From a virus (Duplodnaviria; Caudoviricetes): a stretch of 60,420 nucleotides of DNA. Under the pieces are notes generated by a model, which was not told where the DNA came from, made no database searches, and saw only the letters and a program-made list of their open reading frames with translations. Shown here one piece after another: positions 26,798 to 36,294 of the stretch. The stretch is from the IMG/VR virus record IMGVR_UViG_3300042549_004702, positions 1-60,420 of that record; one strand, given 5' to 3'. The translations under genes and the position numbers were made by a program. Within the stretch, counting starts at the first letter, position 1. Each line of letters begins with the position of its first letter.

Positions 26798-27218
26798 AAA
26801 GAAAGCTACAAAAGCAACGCCTAAAAAAGCAAAAGAAGCTCCGTGGCAAGATAGATTCTTGGAACTATTTGCTATCTCTTTAAACGTGGCTCTTTCTGCT
26901 CAAGGTGCTGGCGTAAATCGAACTACAGTTTATCGTGAAGCTGAACGCAACAACGATTTTGCTGATAAGTGGAACGAAGCTAAACAGTCAGCAATTGAAC
27001 GCCTTGAGGCCTCGGCTTATGATCGAGCGCATAAAACATCAGATACTCTCTTGATTTTTCTTCTCAAGTCTCACAAGCCGGGAATTTATCGAGAGACTCA
27101 TCACATACAGACAACTCAACTAAACATCAACTACGCAGACCTGACACAGCCGCAACTTGAGAGGCTCGCCAATGGTGAAGACCCAGCAACAGTCATATCA
27201 ACAAAACGCGATAGCTGA
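26790..27218 (+). CDS. terS: Terminase small subunit
   Basis: HTH GVNRTTVY, SDTLLIFLLK; directly upstream of terL. Confidence 0.8.
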   Translation: MSKKKATKATPKKAKEAPWQDRFLELFAISLNVALSAQGAGVNRTTVYREAERNNDFADKWNEAKQSAIERLEASAYDRAHKTSDTLLIFLLKSHKPGIYRETHHIQTTQLNINYADLTQPQLERLANGEDPATVISTKRDS

Positions 27219-28599
27219 GTTGGCGCGGCGCGAGTTGCTGAGGCGTGGTCGAGACGAAAGCTTCATCGATTTTGTCAACCGGATCAATCGTCGTTACGTG
27301 TGGTACAAGCACTGTCAGGTAATCGCAAACGTAGTCGAGCGCGTCGAGCGTGGCGATATTAAGCGGCTGATGCTATTCGTTCCGCCACGTCACAGCAAAA
27401 GCGAGACAATCAGCCGACTATTCACGGCATACTACCTGCGCAAACATCCGGATCAGTGGGTTGGCCTGACAAGCTATTCGGCCGATCTGGCATACGTTCT
27501 CAGCAAGGCGTCTCAAGAAAACTTCGTCGAGTCTGGCGGTGTACTCGATAGTCGGGCCGGAGCGGTGAAGCACTGGCAGACAAGCGCAGGCGGCGGACTG
27601 TGGGCGACTGGTATAGGTGGGCCTATCACCGGCAAAGGCGCAAATCTTGCGCTTATCGATGACCCACTCAAGAACGCTGAAGACGCCTCAAGCGAGGTCA
27701 TCCGCGAGAAGCAGAAGGAATGGTACAACTCCACGCTATACTCCCGACTTGAGCCAGGTGGCGCGGTAATCGTCATTCAAACTCGCTGGCATGAGTCGGA
27801 CATCAGCGGCTGGTTGCTCGATCAGGAAAGCGAAAGCCCGGAACACTGGCACGTTGTGAACCTGCCGGCCATCGCTGAGGAGCCGCGCCTATTGCCTGAT
27901 ACGTGCACGTCTGAGCCGGACTGGCGCAACATTGGCGAGGCTCTATGTCCTGAGCGATACCCGCTTCACCGACTCGAGCAGATACGCTCACAGATCGGCG
28001 GATACTTCTTTGATGCGCTATACCAGCAGAGGCCAAGCGCGAAAGAGGGTAGTCATTTCAAGGTAGGTCAGCTGCAGATTGAAGACGCTCATCCGGTGCT
28101 ACTACGCGAATGCCGAGCGTGGGATCTGGCCGCGAGTGCCGGCAAAGGTGACTACACGGCAGGCGTCAGACTTGGTGTTGATGCTGATGGCGTCTGGCAT
28201 ATCGTTGACGTGCGGCGCGGTCAGTGGGCACCTGATGAACGCGACAACGAGATGCGGCAAGCGTCACAGCTCGACGGGCCAAAGGTGCGCATCAGGCTTG
28301 CTCAGGATCCGGGGCAAGCTGGCGTCGATCAGTCACAGCGATTAACACGTATGCTCTCAGGCTTCCCAGTGCGGTCAGAGCGCGTCAGTGGCGACAAGTC
28401 TACACGTGCATCAGGCTTGGCATCTCAGATCAATGCAGGCAACGTAAAGCTCGTAAAGGGTGCGTGGAATGCGGCATTTATCGAAGAGTTCCGCCAGTTC
28501 CCACACGGCAAGAATGATGATCTTGTCGATTCTACTGCAGACGCATTCAACGAACTATCGCTGGCGAATCAGTTCTCACAAGGCAAGCTGCTTCGATAG
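27172..28599 (+). CDS. terL: Terminase large subunit
   Basis: PPRHSKS Walker A, LIDDP, QTRWH, WDLA, NDDLVD nuclease motifs. Confidence 0.95.
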   Translation: MVKTQQQSYQQNAIAELARRELLRRGRDESFIDFVNRINRRYVWYKHCQVIANVVERVERGDIKRLMLFVPPRHSKSETISRLFTAYYLRKHPDQWVGLTSYSADLAYVLSKASQENFVESGGVLDSRAGAVKHWQTSAGGGLWATGIGGPITGKGANLALIDDPLKNAEDASSEVIREKQKEWYNSTLYSRLEPGGAVIVIQTRWHESDISGWLLDQESESPEHWHVVNLPAIAEEPRLLPDTCTSEPDWRNIGEALCPERYPLHRLEQIRSQIGGYFFDALYQQRPSAKEGSHFKVGQLQIEDAHPVLLRECRAWDLAASAGKGDYTAGVRLGVDADGVWHIVDVRRGQWAPDERDNEMRQASQLDGPKVRIRLAQDPGQAGVDQSQRLTRMLSGFPVRSERVSGDKSTRASGLASQINAGNVKLVKGAWNAAFIEEFRQFPHGKNDDLVDSTADAFNELSLANQFSQGKLLR

Positions 28600-28676
28600 T
28601 TAATAGCTGATTGTCGAAAAGTTTCGATGTGCTATGATGCATCATCTGGTCGTGGTTCGTTGTTCCTTTCTGTGCG

Positions 28677-28710
28677 GCGGGGGTCTATGGAGACTCCCGC
28701 TTTTCCTTTT
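28677..28710 (+). terminator. Intrinsic terminator
   Basis: GCGGGGGTCT-ATGG-AGACTCCCGC followed by TTTTCCTTTT. Confidence 0.75.
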
Positions 28711-28806
28711 GGTACTTGCTTATCCGGCAACCTCATACTTATTGTAAATAAATAAACCGTCGAATAACTGATACTTGCCAAGCCCTGTCGGAAAAGAAAG
28801 GAGCTT

Positions 28807-30084
28807 ATGGCGTATCCAAGTTTTTCAGACGAGAAGATTGCGCGAATCATCGAGTGTTACCTGCGCAATAATCGAAACATTCAAAACACCAGCATCCAGC
28901 TTGAGGTGGGCTACAATGCAGTATCAAAGTATGTCCGCAAATGGCAAATGGGCCAGCTGTCCCACATCCAACTCCCACCATATTCAGACGCGCCGGTAGA
29001 AGTACGAGCGCAAATCGAGAACGTCGAGAGCATCAGCACTGGCGATATGCGACGGCAAATTGTATCGCTTCGAAAAGAACGTGATGATCTGATGCGAGAG
29101 CGTGAACAGCTGCAGAAGGTTGCAGCCTTCTTTGAGTTCGTCAAGGAAGCAAGGATGGTTGTGCCTGAGTGGGTGAGCAAGCGACCATCACGAGGCAGCA
29201 AATCGGCAATACCAACGGCTCTATTCTCAGACGTGCATCTTGATGAGGTAGTGAAGCCGGAGCAGGTCAACTTTGTCAACGCATACAATCGAGCCATCGC
29301 CGAAGAGCGCGTGAAGCTGTTCTTCGATAACACGCTTGAACTATCAAAAGACTACTTGCAAGGCTTCAAGTACGAAGGCTTCGTAATGCCACTTGGCGGC
29401 GATCTCTTCAGCGGCATCATTCACGAAGAGCTTGCAGAGACCAATGCAGCCACGATCTTTGAGAGCTTGCTTTACTGGGCGGAACCGATAGCATCAGGCA
29501 TTCGCAAACTTCGCGATACCTTCGGGCGAGTCTTCCTGCCCTGCGTGGTCGGCAATCACGGACGACGCAAGCACAAGCCGCACGCAAAGAATCGCGCGCA
29601 GGACAACTTTGATTACTTCTTTTGCCACCTGCTGAACAAGTTGCTTGCCAACGAAAAGGGCATTACTTTTGCCATATCAGAAGCCAGCGATCAGCCGTAC
29701 AATGTCTTCGATACTCGATACCTTCTCACGCACGGCGACCAGTTCAGAGGCGGCAGTGGCATTGCCGGAATGCTGTCACCGCTGATGATTGGTGACGCGC
29801 GTAAACGAGAGCGTGAAAGCGCAGTCCAGCGGCCTTACGACTACCTGGTGATGGGACACTGGCATCAGCTGGCATTCCTTCGCGGACTCATCGTCAACGG
29901 ATCGGTCAAGGGATATTGCGAGTACGCCTTTCAGTCGAACTTTCGATATGAGCCACCACGTCAGGCATTCTGGATCACTGACGCCCACCACGGTGTAACG
30001 ATTCAGGCACCGATTCACGTTGCCGCCAAGAACGAAAAGTACTCAGCCAGCACCGGCAATCAAGCGATAGTCTCTATGGGGTGA
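28807..30084 (+). CDS. Calcineurin-like metallophosphoesterase with N-terminal HTH and coiled coil
   Basis: SDVH, GGD, GNHG, THGD, GHWH. Confidence 0.85.
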   Translation: MAYPSFSDEKIARIIECYLRNNRNIQNTSIQLEVGYNAVSKYVRKWQMGQLSHIQLPPYSDAPVEVRAQIENVESISTGDMRRQIVSLRKERDDLMREREQLQKVAAFFEFVKEARMVVPEWVSKRPSRGSKSAIPTALFSDVHLDEVVKPEQVNFVNAYNRAIAEERVKLFFDNTLELSKDYLQGFKYEGFVMPLGGDLFSGIIHEELAETNAATIFESLLYWAEPIASGIRKLRDTFGRVFLPCVVGNHGRRKHKPHAKNRAQDNFDYFFCHLLNKLLANEKGITFAISEASDQPYNVFDTRYLLTHGDQFRGGSGIAGMLSPLMIGDARKRERESAVQRPYDYLVMGHWHQLAFLRGLIVNGSVKGYCEYAFQSNFRYEPPRQAFWITDAHHGVTIQAPIHVAAKNEKYSASTGNQAIVSMG

Positions 30085-30527
30085 AAATGACATCGAGGAG
30101 CAAAATTACAACCATCGAATCCGACGATCTCTTGACGTTTCGCGTATATCCAGAAAACAAGCGACTACACTTCGATGTATTTGTGTGGCCAAGTAGACGC
30201 AGGATGCGCGAGTACCTGAGAGAAGCAAGTCCTGGACTAAGCGTCTACCAGATACTGGCTTGTGTGCTATGGCCAACCAACGAAGCAGACCGTGCACGGA
30301 AGACTCAGCTTGGCGAGATCCATTTCAATAGACAGGACCTGGGGTCGGACACGATCTGTCACGAGGCTACCCACGCAGCCTTGAGATGGGCACGATATAT
30401 CGGCATTGATGTTGGCGAAGCAGGGGATGGCTCATCGGCTCCTGACTCCGAAGAGCTTGTCGCATACGCAGTCGGTACGATCGCGCACCAACTCGAGACT
30501 GTACTTGTCGATAAAAAGTACAAGTAA
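30081..30527 (+). CDS. HExxH metalloprotein
   Basis: CHEATH...EELVAY. Confidence 0.65.
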   Translation: MKMTSRSKITTIESDDLLTFRVYPENKRLHFDVFVWPSRRRMREYLREASPGLSVYQILACVLWPTNEADRARKTQLGEIHFNRQDLGSDTICHEATHAALRWARYIGIDVGEAGDGSSAPDSEELVAYAVGTIAHQLETVLVDKKYK

Positions 30528-30605
30528 CTTGTGGATTTTTATCAACGATGTCCTTGTGATGTAGTAATATCACAGAGCCTCATATGTTGAGGCGGAAAGG
30601 ACAAA

Positions 30606-31286
30606 ATGGAACTGACCACGTCACGACTGATATACCCAGACGCGCCTTCGGGATTGCTGTCTGGGTATTGTTCTATTTGCGGCCAGTACGACATCACGCA
30701 CTTCCACCGCAACGACCTACTGACTCCCACCTCGGCCAACCTCACGGCCATCTTCGACTTTCACCACGAGCACGTTTGCCGCTTCTGTTCCGCTATATGG
30801 CGAGAACCGAAGAAGTATCACCGTGCAATTTACGCCGATCACGAATCGGTGCTATTCCCCGTGATATCTGCGGAGACCGCATCATCGGAGCGTCCGTTAT
30901 GGGCCGACGTTATCCGGCAAATGCCGACAGACCGAGAGCGCGTTATCGTGCTCACCACAGATCCTAAGAAGCGAGTGTGGCCATTTGCGCGCATCAGCTC
31001 CGGTAATGTGGCGTGCATATACCTTCACGATCCATCGCGTGGAGTGTCGGGCAATACCTGGGTAGAGATAGCACGGCTGAGAGAATGCCTTGTGATCATC
31101 GAAGAGGCTTACGAGCTTGGATTTTCGAAGCCAGCGATCGAGGAGTCGCTATTCACGTCCTACAATCAACTACAGGCCGTAGGATTGGCCACAACAACAC
31201 GAATGGAGAAAGCCATATCATCGTATAGGGCCACTCCTGAATTCCTGCCTGCGCTCATTGTGGCGCAAAGAAAGGTAACACTATGA
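30606..31286 (+). CDS. csf1: Type IV Cas8-like large subunit
   Basis: Zn finger CSIC...CRFC, KKRVWP motif; first gene of the csf operon. Confidence 0.72.
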   Translation: MELTTSRLIYPDAPSGLLSGYCSICGQYDITHFHRNDLLTPTSANLTAIFDFHHEHVCRFCSAIWREPKKYHRAIYADHESVLFPVISAETASSERPLWADVIRQMPTDRERVIVLTTDPKKRVWPFARISSGNVACIYLHDPSRGVSGNTWVEIARLRECLVIIEEAYELGFSKPAIEESLFTSYNQLQAVGLATTTRMEKAISSYRATPEFLPALIVAQRKVTL

Positions 31287-32719
31287 CCACATCAAACACT
31301 GGGATAATCGCGCCGTACCGATTCACGGCAAAGGCCACATCCACGGTTGCCCACGGAGAAGCCGGAGCCAACTCGACCGGGGCCAATAACACGACACTCT
31401 TTGCCCGGGAGTTGACATTGCTTCAGCGTGACCAGCTCTCGTACAGCAGCGACAAGGCGCAAGCGGCGATTGAATCACTGATGAACGTGATGCCGATCAC
31501 CGAGTCGTCTGTCGAGTTCCTTCGAACGCTATCAGGCGGCGAATTGATCGCGACACTATTTGCTGCTCAATTTCCGATCATTTATCGCGGCGAAGGAGAA
31601 GGACTATTCGCCGGACTCGAGCGTTACCAGTACCTGACAACGCGCCTGACTGACTCAGCCGTAGCTTGCACTACGCTTGCAACTGCGTGGGCGTACGTCT
31701 CGCGAAAGCTGAATCTGACCGCGCCATCAGCCTCGGCGCATATGCCGTTGATGGCACTCTTTGCACTGCCGAAGCCGATACAGGCGGCTGCGCTTGCGTC
31801 AGTCCTGAAAGCTCCTGAGATGGTCGTTATGGGCGCGCGAATGCTAGCCGAAGGACTCAAGGCCACTAACTGGAAATACGCAGAAGCCGCAGATCGAGAG
31901 ACCGAAGAGAAGGCTCAGTACAACGTGACATCTACGCAGCTTCTCGAGTTGTCGGCGAATAGGGGCAGCGTGCTAGCCGTGCGAATCCCTGCGATATCGG
32001 GCAACTCGCTTCGCCACAACATACTACGCGCACCAGGTGCGACGCGCCTTTTGTCGCATCTTGGACTTGGGCCGAATCAAACAATGGTACCGATCGCCGT
32101 TGAGCGGTTCCTGTACTCTGGCGGCAACACCGTCAAGGGCGCGAAGGCTCCGGGGGCGGCGGATCTACTAGAAGCAAAGGTGCGTAGTCACTATCCGATC
32201 GTTGACGCACTTGGCGGATCGTTCGATATGTTCCTGCTCACTCGGTCGCAGGTCAGCGTAAATAGCTGGATAGTATGCCGGGAGAATAACTGGATCACGG
32301 AGCGTAAGACAGAGGGAAGCATCGGATCCGATGTATCGATCTTCGATCTTATCAGCGAGGTGACACGTACTCGGTCAGGCATTGGCGGCAAGGACAAGGA
32401 GTCGGGACAGATGATCTTTGCCTACGAAGCTTTGGCCGCTCAGACAGAGATACTTGTAGAGGTCAGCTTCCAGCCATACACGCAGTTTGTCACGATTGGC
32501 GCGGTGATGCAGGCGTTGACGGACTGGAACACGGAAGGCGCGTTTCTTGGCGCGAAGTCGGCGCAGGGGCACTCGCAGTGGTTGCCAGACTTCCCGGATG
32601 ATGATCGATGGGCACTTGCTGCCGACTACATCGCACACCTCGACAAGAACCGAGAGACGTTGCGCGATGGACTCATCAAGGCCACATTCGGAACGGAGGT
32701 GCAGCTTTGTGGAGCGTAA
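31283..32719 (+). CDS. csf2: Type IV Cas7 backbone with a ~180-aa insertion
   Basis: STVAHG...NTTLFARE, IPAISGNSLRH, LYSGG, TRTR, QMIFAYE, LGAKSAQGH. Confidence 0.88.
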   Translation: MTTSNTGIIAPYRFTAKATSTVAHGEAGANSTGANNTTLFARELTLLQRDQLSYSSDKAQAAIESLMNVMPITESSVEFLRTLSGGELIATLFAAQFPIIYRGEGEGLFAGLERYQYLTTRLTDSAVACTTLATAWAYVSRKLNLTAPSASAHMPLMALFALPKPIQAAALASVLKAPEMVVMGARMLAEGLKATNWKYAEAADRETEEKAQYNVTSTQLLELSANRGSVLAVRIPAISGNSLRHNILRAPGATRLLSHLGLGPNQTMVPIAVERFLYSGGNTVKGAKAPGAADLLEAKVRSHYPIVDALGGSFDMFLLTRSQVSVNSWIVCRENNWITERKTEGSIGSDVSIFDLISEVTRTRSGIGGKDKESGQMIFAYEALAAQTEILVEVSFQPYTQFVTIGAVMQALTDWNTEGAFLGAKSAQGHSQWLPDFPDDDRWALAADYIAHLDKNRETLRDGLIKATFGTEVQLCGA

Positions 32720-33447
32720 TGCACATTCCAGAGCTTGACGAGTATGGCGATCGTATAGCGGCTCTCGAGTATGAGCCGCTCAAGGTCACGGTGACGACGG
32801 ACTCGCCCGTCAGCTGCAATGATCCGATATCGCTTGACGGAGTGTTGGCATACGCAATGGTCACGGATGCACTCAAGGGACGGCCTTTTCCGCAAGGAAA
32901 GGGCCCATACTGGCAGCCGCTTCCGCTCCATTGCGCAAAGCTGATTGAGGGTTTGCCGCTATGGTCAAGTACCGACTTTGTACCGACCAACCTTCACAAG
33001 CGAATGACTCACATCCACAGACGGACGGCGGATAACCCGTACGCAATGATCGGCCTGATGCGATCTGCCTACGACAAGCGACCGCGCCGCTTCCCGTCTT
33101 CGGCCGCGGGGCCGTATATGGACTATCGAGTACCAGAGCGTCGTTACGTCGCGGAGTCGTGGTCGGCATTGTGTCTCGGCAATCTTGAAGAGGTGCGACG
33201 ACTTCTCACGCTTGTTGCGACTTTTGGCAAAGGCGGCAAGCGTGGGTCGGGATACGTTCGGCAATGGACGGTTGAGCCGGTCGCAGACTTTTCATTCTAC
33301 ACGCACGATGGCCGCGCTTTGCGCCCAGTGCCTATTGGTGCCACTGAAACAGCGTGGGCAGGGGTAAGGCAAGGGTGGACTCCTCCCTACTGGCTCAAGG
33401 AAACGTGGCTGCTTTGTCAGCCGTCAGATGTGGCATCGATATTATGA
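32719..33447 (+). CDS. csf3: Type IV Cas5
   Basis: LDGVLAYA, PLPL, Gly-rich FGKGGKRGSGYV, RPVP, PPYW. Confidence 0.85.
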   Translation: MHIPELDEYGDRIAALEYEPLKVTVTTDSPVSCNDPISLDGVLAYAMVTDALKGRPFPQGKGPYWQPLPLHCAKLIEGLPLWSSTDFVPTNLHKRMTHIHRRTADNPYAMIGLMRSAYDKRPRRFPSSAAGPYMDYRVPERRYVAESWSALCLGNLEEVRRLLTLVATFGKGGKRGSGYVRQWTVEPVADFSFYTHDGRALRPVPIGATETAWAGVRQGWTPPYWLKETWLLCQPSDVASIL

Positions 33448-34247
33448 GCATTGTGAGCTGGGCCGATTACGGAATTACGGGTGAGGTCACGGTTGGACGA
33501 CCGGCAGCGGCAGCACCCTACAAGCGTCAGATTCAGCGACGCATCGACAAGGCATTGTCGGACATTGACCGCTTGGCCGTCTCCACAGACGGCCATTTTT
33601 ACTCGGCAATATCATTCGGTGCTGATTCGCTGGTCGCTGATCATCTGATGCGCCGCTACTATCCCGATCATCCGGCAATGTGGGTCAATCAAGGGCCGCT
33701 TGCTGAATGGCCTGACTGCCTGGCACTCAAGGATCAGATGGTAGCCAACGGTCTGCCGCTGGTCGAGTTGACACCGGACGTCACGCTCTACGATTGGTAT
33801 CGATTACACGGCATCCCGACGTCTTCGGCAATGGATAGCAAGGACGACAAGGAGCTGAACGAAGCGTTGATGTACGCGCCTATCCGGCGATACCAGGAGT
33901 CATCGGCGGCGCGTGGCTACTTGTGGGGGCTGAGGTATGATGGCGAAGGCAACCATCGTCGGATACTGATCCAAAGTCGAGGCACGCTATATCATCGAAA
34001 GACCGATGGTCAGTATGTGTGCTCTCCCGTCGGTCACTGGAGCAAGCACGAGATATGGGCATACATCGACCTGTTTGCGCTGCCCTACGCGAAGATGTAC
34101 GACATTGACCGACTCGAGATCCGCAACGGGCCGCCAATCGGCACAAGCGCGTTGAATATGGGGCGAATCGTGAAGCTGAAGCACAACTTCCCGCATATTT
34201 GGCGAGTAGCTGTCAGTGAGTTTCCCGAGTTGCAGAGGTACACGTGA
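33444..34247 (+). CDS. cysH: CysH/PAPS-reductase-like protein (type IV-B signature)
   Basis: SFGADS PP-loop variant, WGLR, SPVGHWSKHEIWAYI, LPYAKMYD. Confidence 0.85.
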   Translation: MSIVSWADYGITGEVTVGRPAAAAPYKRQIQRRIDKALSDIDRLAVSTDGHFYSAISFGADSLVADHLMRRYYPDHPAMWVNQGPLAEWPDCLALKDQMVANGLPLVELTPDVTLYDWYRLHGIPTSSAMDSKDDKELNEALMYAPIRRYQESSAARGYLWGLRYDGEGNHRRILIQSRGTLYHRKTDGQYVCSPVGHWSKHEIWAYIDLFALPYAKMYDIDRLEIRNGPPIGTSALNMGRIVKLKHNFPHIWRVAVSEFPELQRYT

Positions 34248-34813
34248 CGCCACCGTACAAAATCATAATGCGATCGCATCCGGATAGAGATGACCTTGTT
34301 GAGCAGATAAAGCCGCTACTGCCTGAAGATTCGATGTATAGCAGAGATTCCGCTCGTGAAGGTGGACGAGTAAACTTCATCCGCGCTATGACTATGGCTG
34401 AGGGTGACGCTTGCTTGCATCTTGAGGACGATATCATCCTTTGCCATGACTTCATCGACAACGTGAACCGTGTAGTAGAGTATCGCCCAGGTACGGTGAT
34501 TCAGTTCTTTTCGCGAAGATCGGCAGACATTGACATAGGGTCGCGATACGAATCAGGACGCACCTTTTTAGGCGCGCTTTGCTTTTTCTTGCCGTGTGGA
34601 ATGTCACGCGATTTGTTGAACCATTGGCCAGCGTGGAAGGACAAGGACAAACACTTCGACGCGGTCGATTTATTCGTTGCCGACTACCTGAAAAACCAAA
34701 AGCTCAAGTACTGGATCGAGATTCCTTGCTTGGTTCAGCATCGACAGGTCGTGTCAGTCGTCGATAGTCGTCGATCCAAGTACCGCCAGACATCTACCTT
34801 TCTTGGCGAATAG
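34244..34813 (+). CDS. GT-A fold glycosyltransferase-like protein
   Basis: CLHLEDD, PCLVQH; GTGA overlap with the cysH stop. Confidence 0.7.
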   Translation: MTPPYKIIMRSHPDRDDLVEQIKPLLPEDSMYSRDSAREGGRVNFIRAMTMAEGDACLHLEDDIILCHDFIDNVNRVVEYRPGTVIQFFSRRSADIDIGSRYESGRTFLGALCFFLPCGMSRDLLNHWPAWKDKDKHFDAVDLFVADYLKNQKLKYWIEIPCLVQHRQVVSVVDSRRSKYRQTSTFLGE

Positions 34814-34863
34814 CTCACCACTCGCCCGAAAAATTATTCTCGCGACTATCGCAATCTTGCGAT

Positions 34864-36294
34864 ATGAACAGCGAGAGCAACAAAAATTCACCCGCCTATC
34901 ACAACGAAGCTCACGACGAGATGGAGCGTCGGTGGGACATCATCGAAGCCGTATCAGGTGGTACGCTTGAGTTACGCGATGGTGGCGCAAAGTGGCTACC
35001 GCTCGAGCCTGCCGAAGACCAGCGCGATTACGCTATCCGGCTTCGTCGGGCAATATTCTTCAACGCCTTCGAGCGCACGTTGCACGGACTTGTTGGACTC
35101 GTGTTTCGCAAAGATCCCGAGCTTGCCGATGATAATCCCGATCGAATCAAAGAGCTCTGGGAGAACATCGACAATGCCGGAACACACGGCGCAGTCTTTG
35201 CCAAGGAAGCGTTCACGATTGCGTGTAAGTACGGTCATTCGCTGATCTATGTCGATATGCCGCCAGCACTGCCGGAAGGCGCAACGCTTGCCGATGAGCG
35301 CGCCGCCAATCGTCGCCCTTACTGGGTGATGTATGAGCCGGATCAGATCGTCAACTGGCGCGTCGAGTCAGTCAACGGGCAGTCAATGGTGACACTGCTT
35401 GTGCTAGAGGAAGAGACAAACGAGCCTGACGGTCTGTACGGTGAAGAGGAAGTGACGCGGTACCGAGTACTTAGACCGGGATACTGGGAGCTGTTCCGCG
35501 AAGTCAAGAATGATCTGACAGGGGCTACAGAGTACTTGCTCGAGGCTACTGGCGCGTCAAGCCTGCCGTATATCCCCGTCTCAGTGATCTATGCTCGAAA
35601 GACTGGCACACTGACCAGCACCCCGCCATTGCTTGATCTGGCACTGATCAATCTCGCGCATTACCAGAAATACTCAGACTACTCAACGTACCTGCATATC
35701 AGTAGTCGTCCGATCCTATGGTTTCGTGGACGCGATATCAGCAAGGGAGTTGAGGCCATCGGCCCGTACACGTTCTTTGACGTTGACGGCACCAACGGCA
35801 ACGTCGGATTCGCAGAGACCAGCGGCGCGGCACTTGGCGCAGCTAAGGCGGACATTGACCATCTTGAGAAGCAGATGGCAATGCTTGGATTGACGCTACT
35901 TGCCGGCAACAAACCAGTACAGCAAACAGCTACTGAAGCATTGCTCGACTCAGTCAAGGAAGAGTCGGACTTGGCAACCGCTGCCAGATCGCTACAGGAC
36001 GCGCTAGAACTGGCTTTGCATTGCACGGCAGCCTATGAGGGCATCGAGTCCGGCAGCGTGGCTCTTGGCTCAACTATGACCGATTTGACGCTATCGCCTG
36101 AAGAGATGCGAGTGTGGATTGACAGCGCAGACAAGGTGTTCTCGAAGAACACGATCTACGAGGTATTCAAGCAGGCCGGTAAGTTGCCTGATGGCTTCAA
36201 CGCAGATCAGGAACGGATTGCTATTGAAGCGGATGCCTCAACGATGGGCGATCAGCTACTCGCAGCTTTCGACCAAGGTAAACCGATAGCGTAG
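34864..36294 (+). CDS. Portal protein (DUF4055 type)
   Basis: WLPLEPAE...Y-x-x-RL-x-RA, PPLLDLALINLAHYQ; position before the scaffold gene. Confidence 0.9.
   Translation: MNSESNKNSPAYHNEAHDEMERRWDIIEAVSGGTLELRDGGAKWLPLEPAEDQRDYAIRLRRAIFFNAFERTLHGLVGLVFRKDPELADDNPDRIKELWENIDNAGTHGAVFAKEAFTIACKYGHSLIYVDMPPALPEGATLADERAANRRPYWVMYEPDQIVNWRVESVNGQSMVTLLVLEEETNEPDGLYGEEEVTRYRVLRPGYWELFREVKNDLTGATEYLLEATGASSLPYIPVSVIYARKTGTLTSTPPLLDLALINLAHYQKYSDYSTYLHISSRPILWFRGRDISKGVEAIGPYTFFDVDGTNGNVGFAETSGAALGAAKADIDHLEKQMAMLGLTLLAGNKPVQQTATEALLDSVKEESDLATAARSLQDALELALHCTAAYEGIESGSVALGSTMTDLTLSPEEMRVWIDSADKVFSKNTIYEVFKQAGKLPDGFNADQERIAIEADASTMGDQLLAAFDQGKPIA

Noticed and set aside
33444-34247. Auxiliary metabolic gene for sulfur assimilation
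   Set aside because: It is coupled to csf genes and lacks the catalytic Cys motifs
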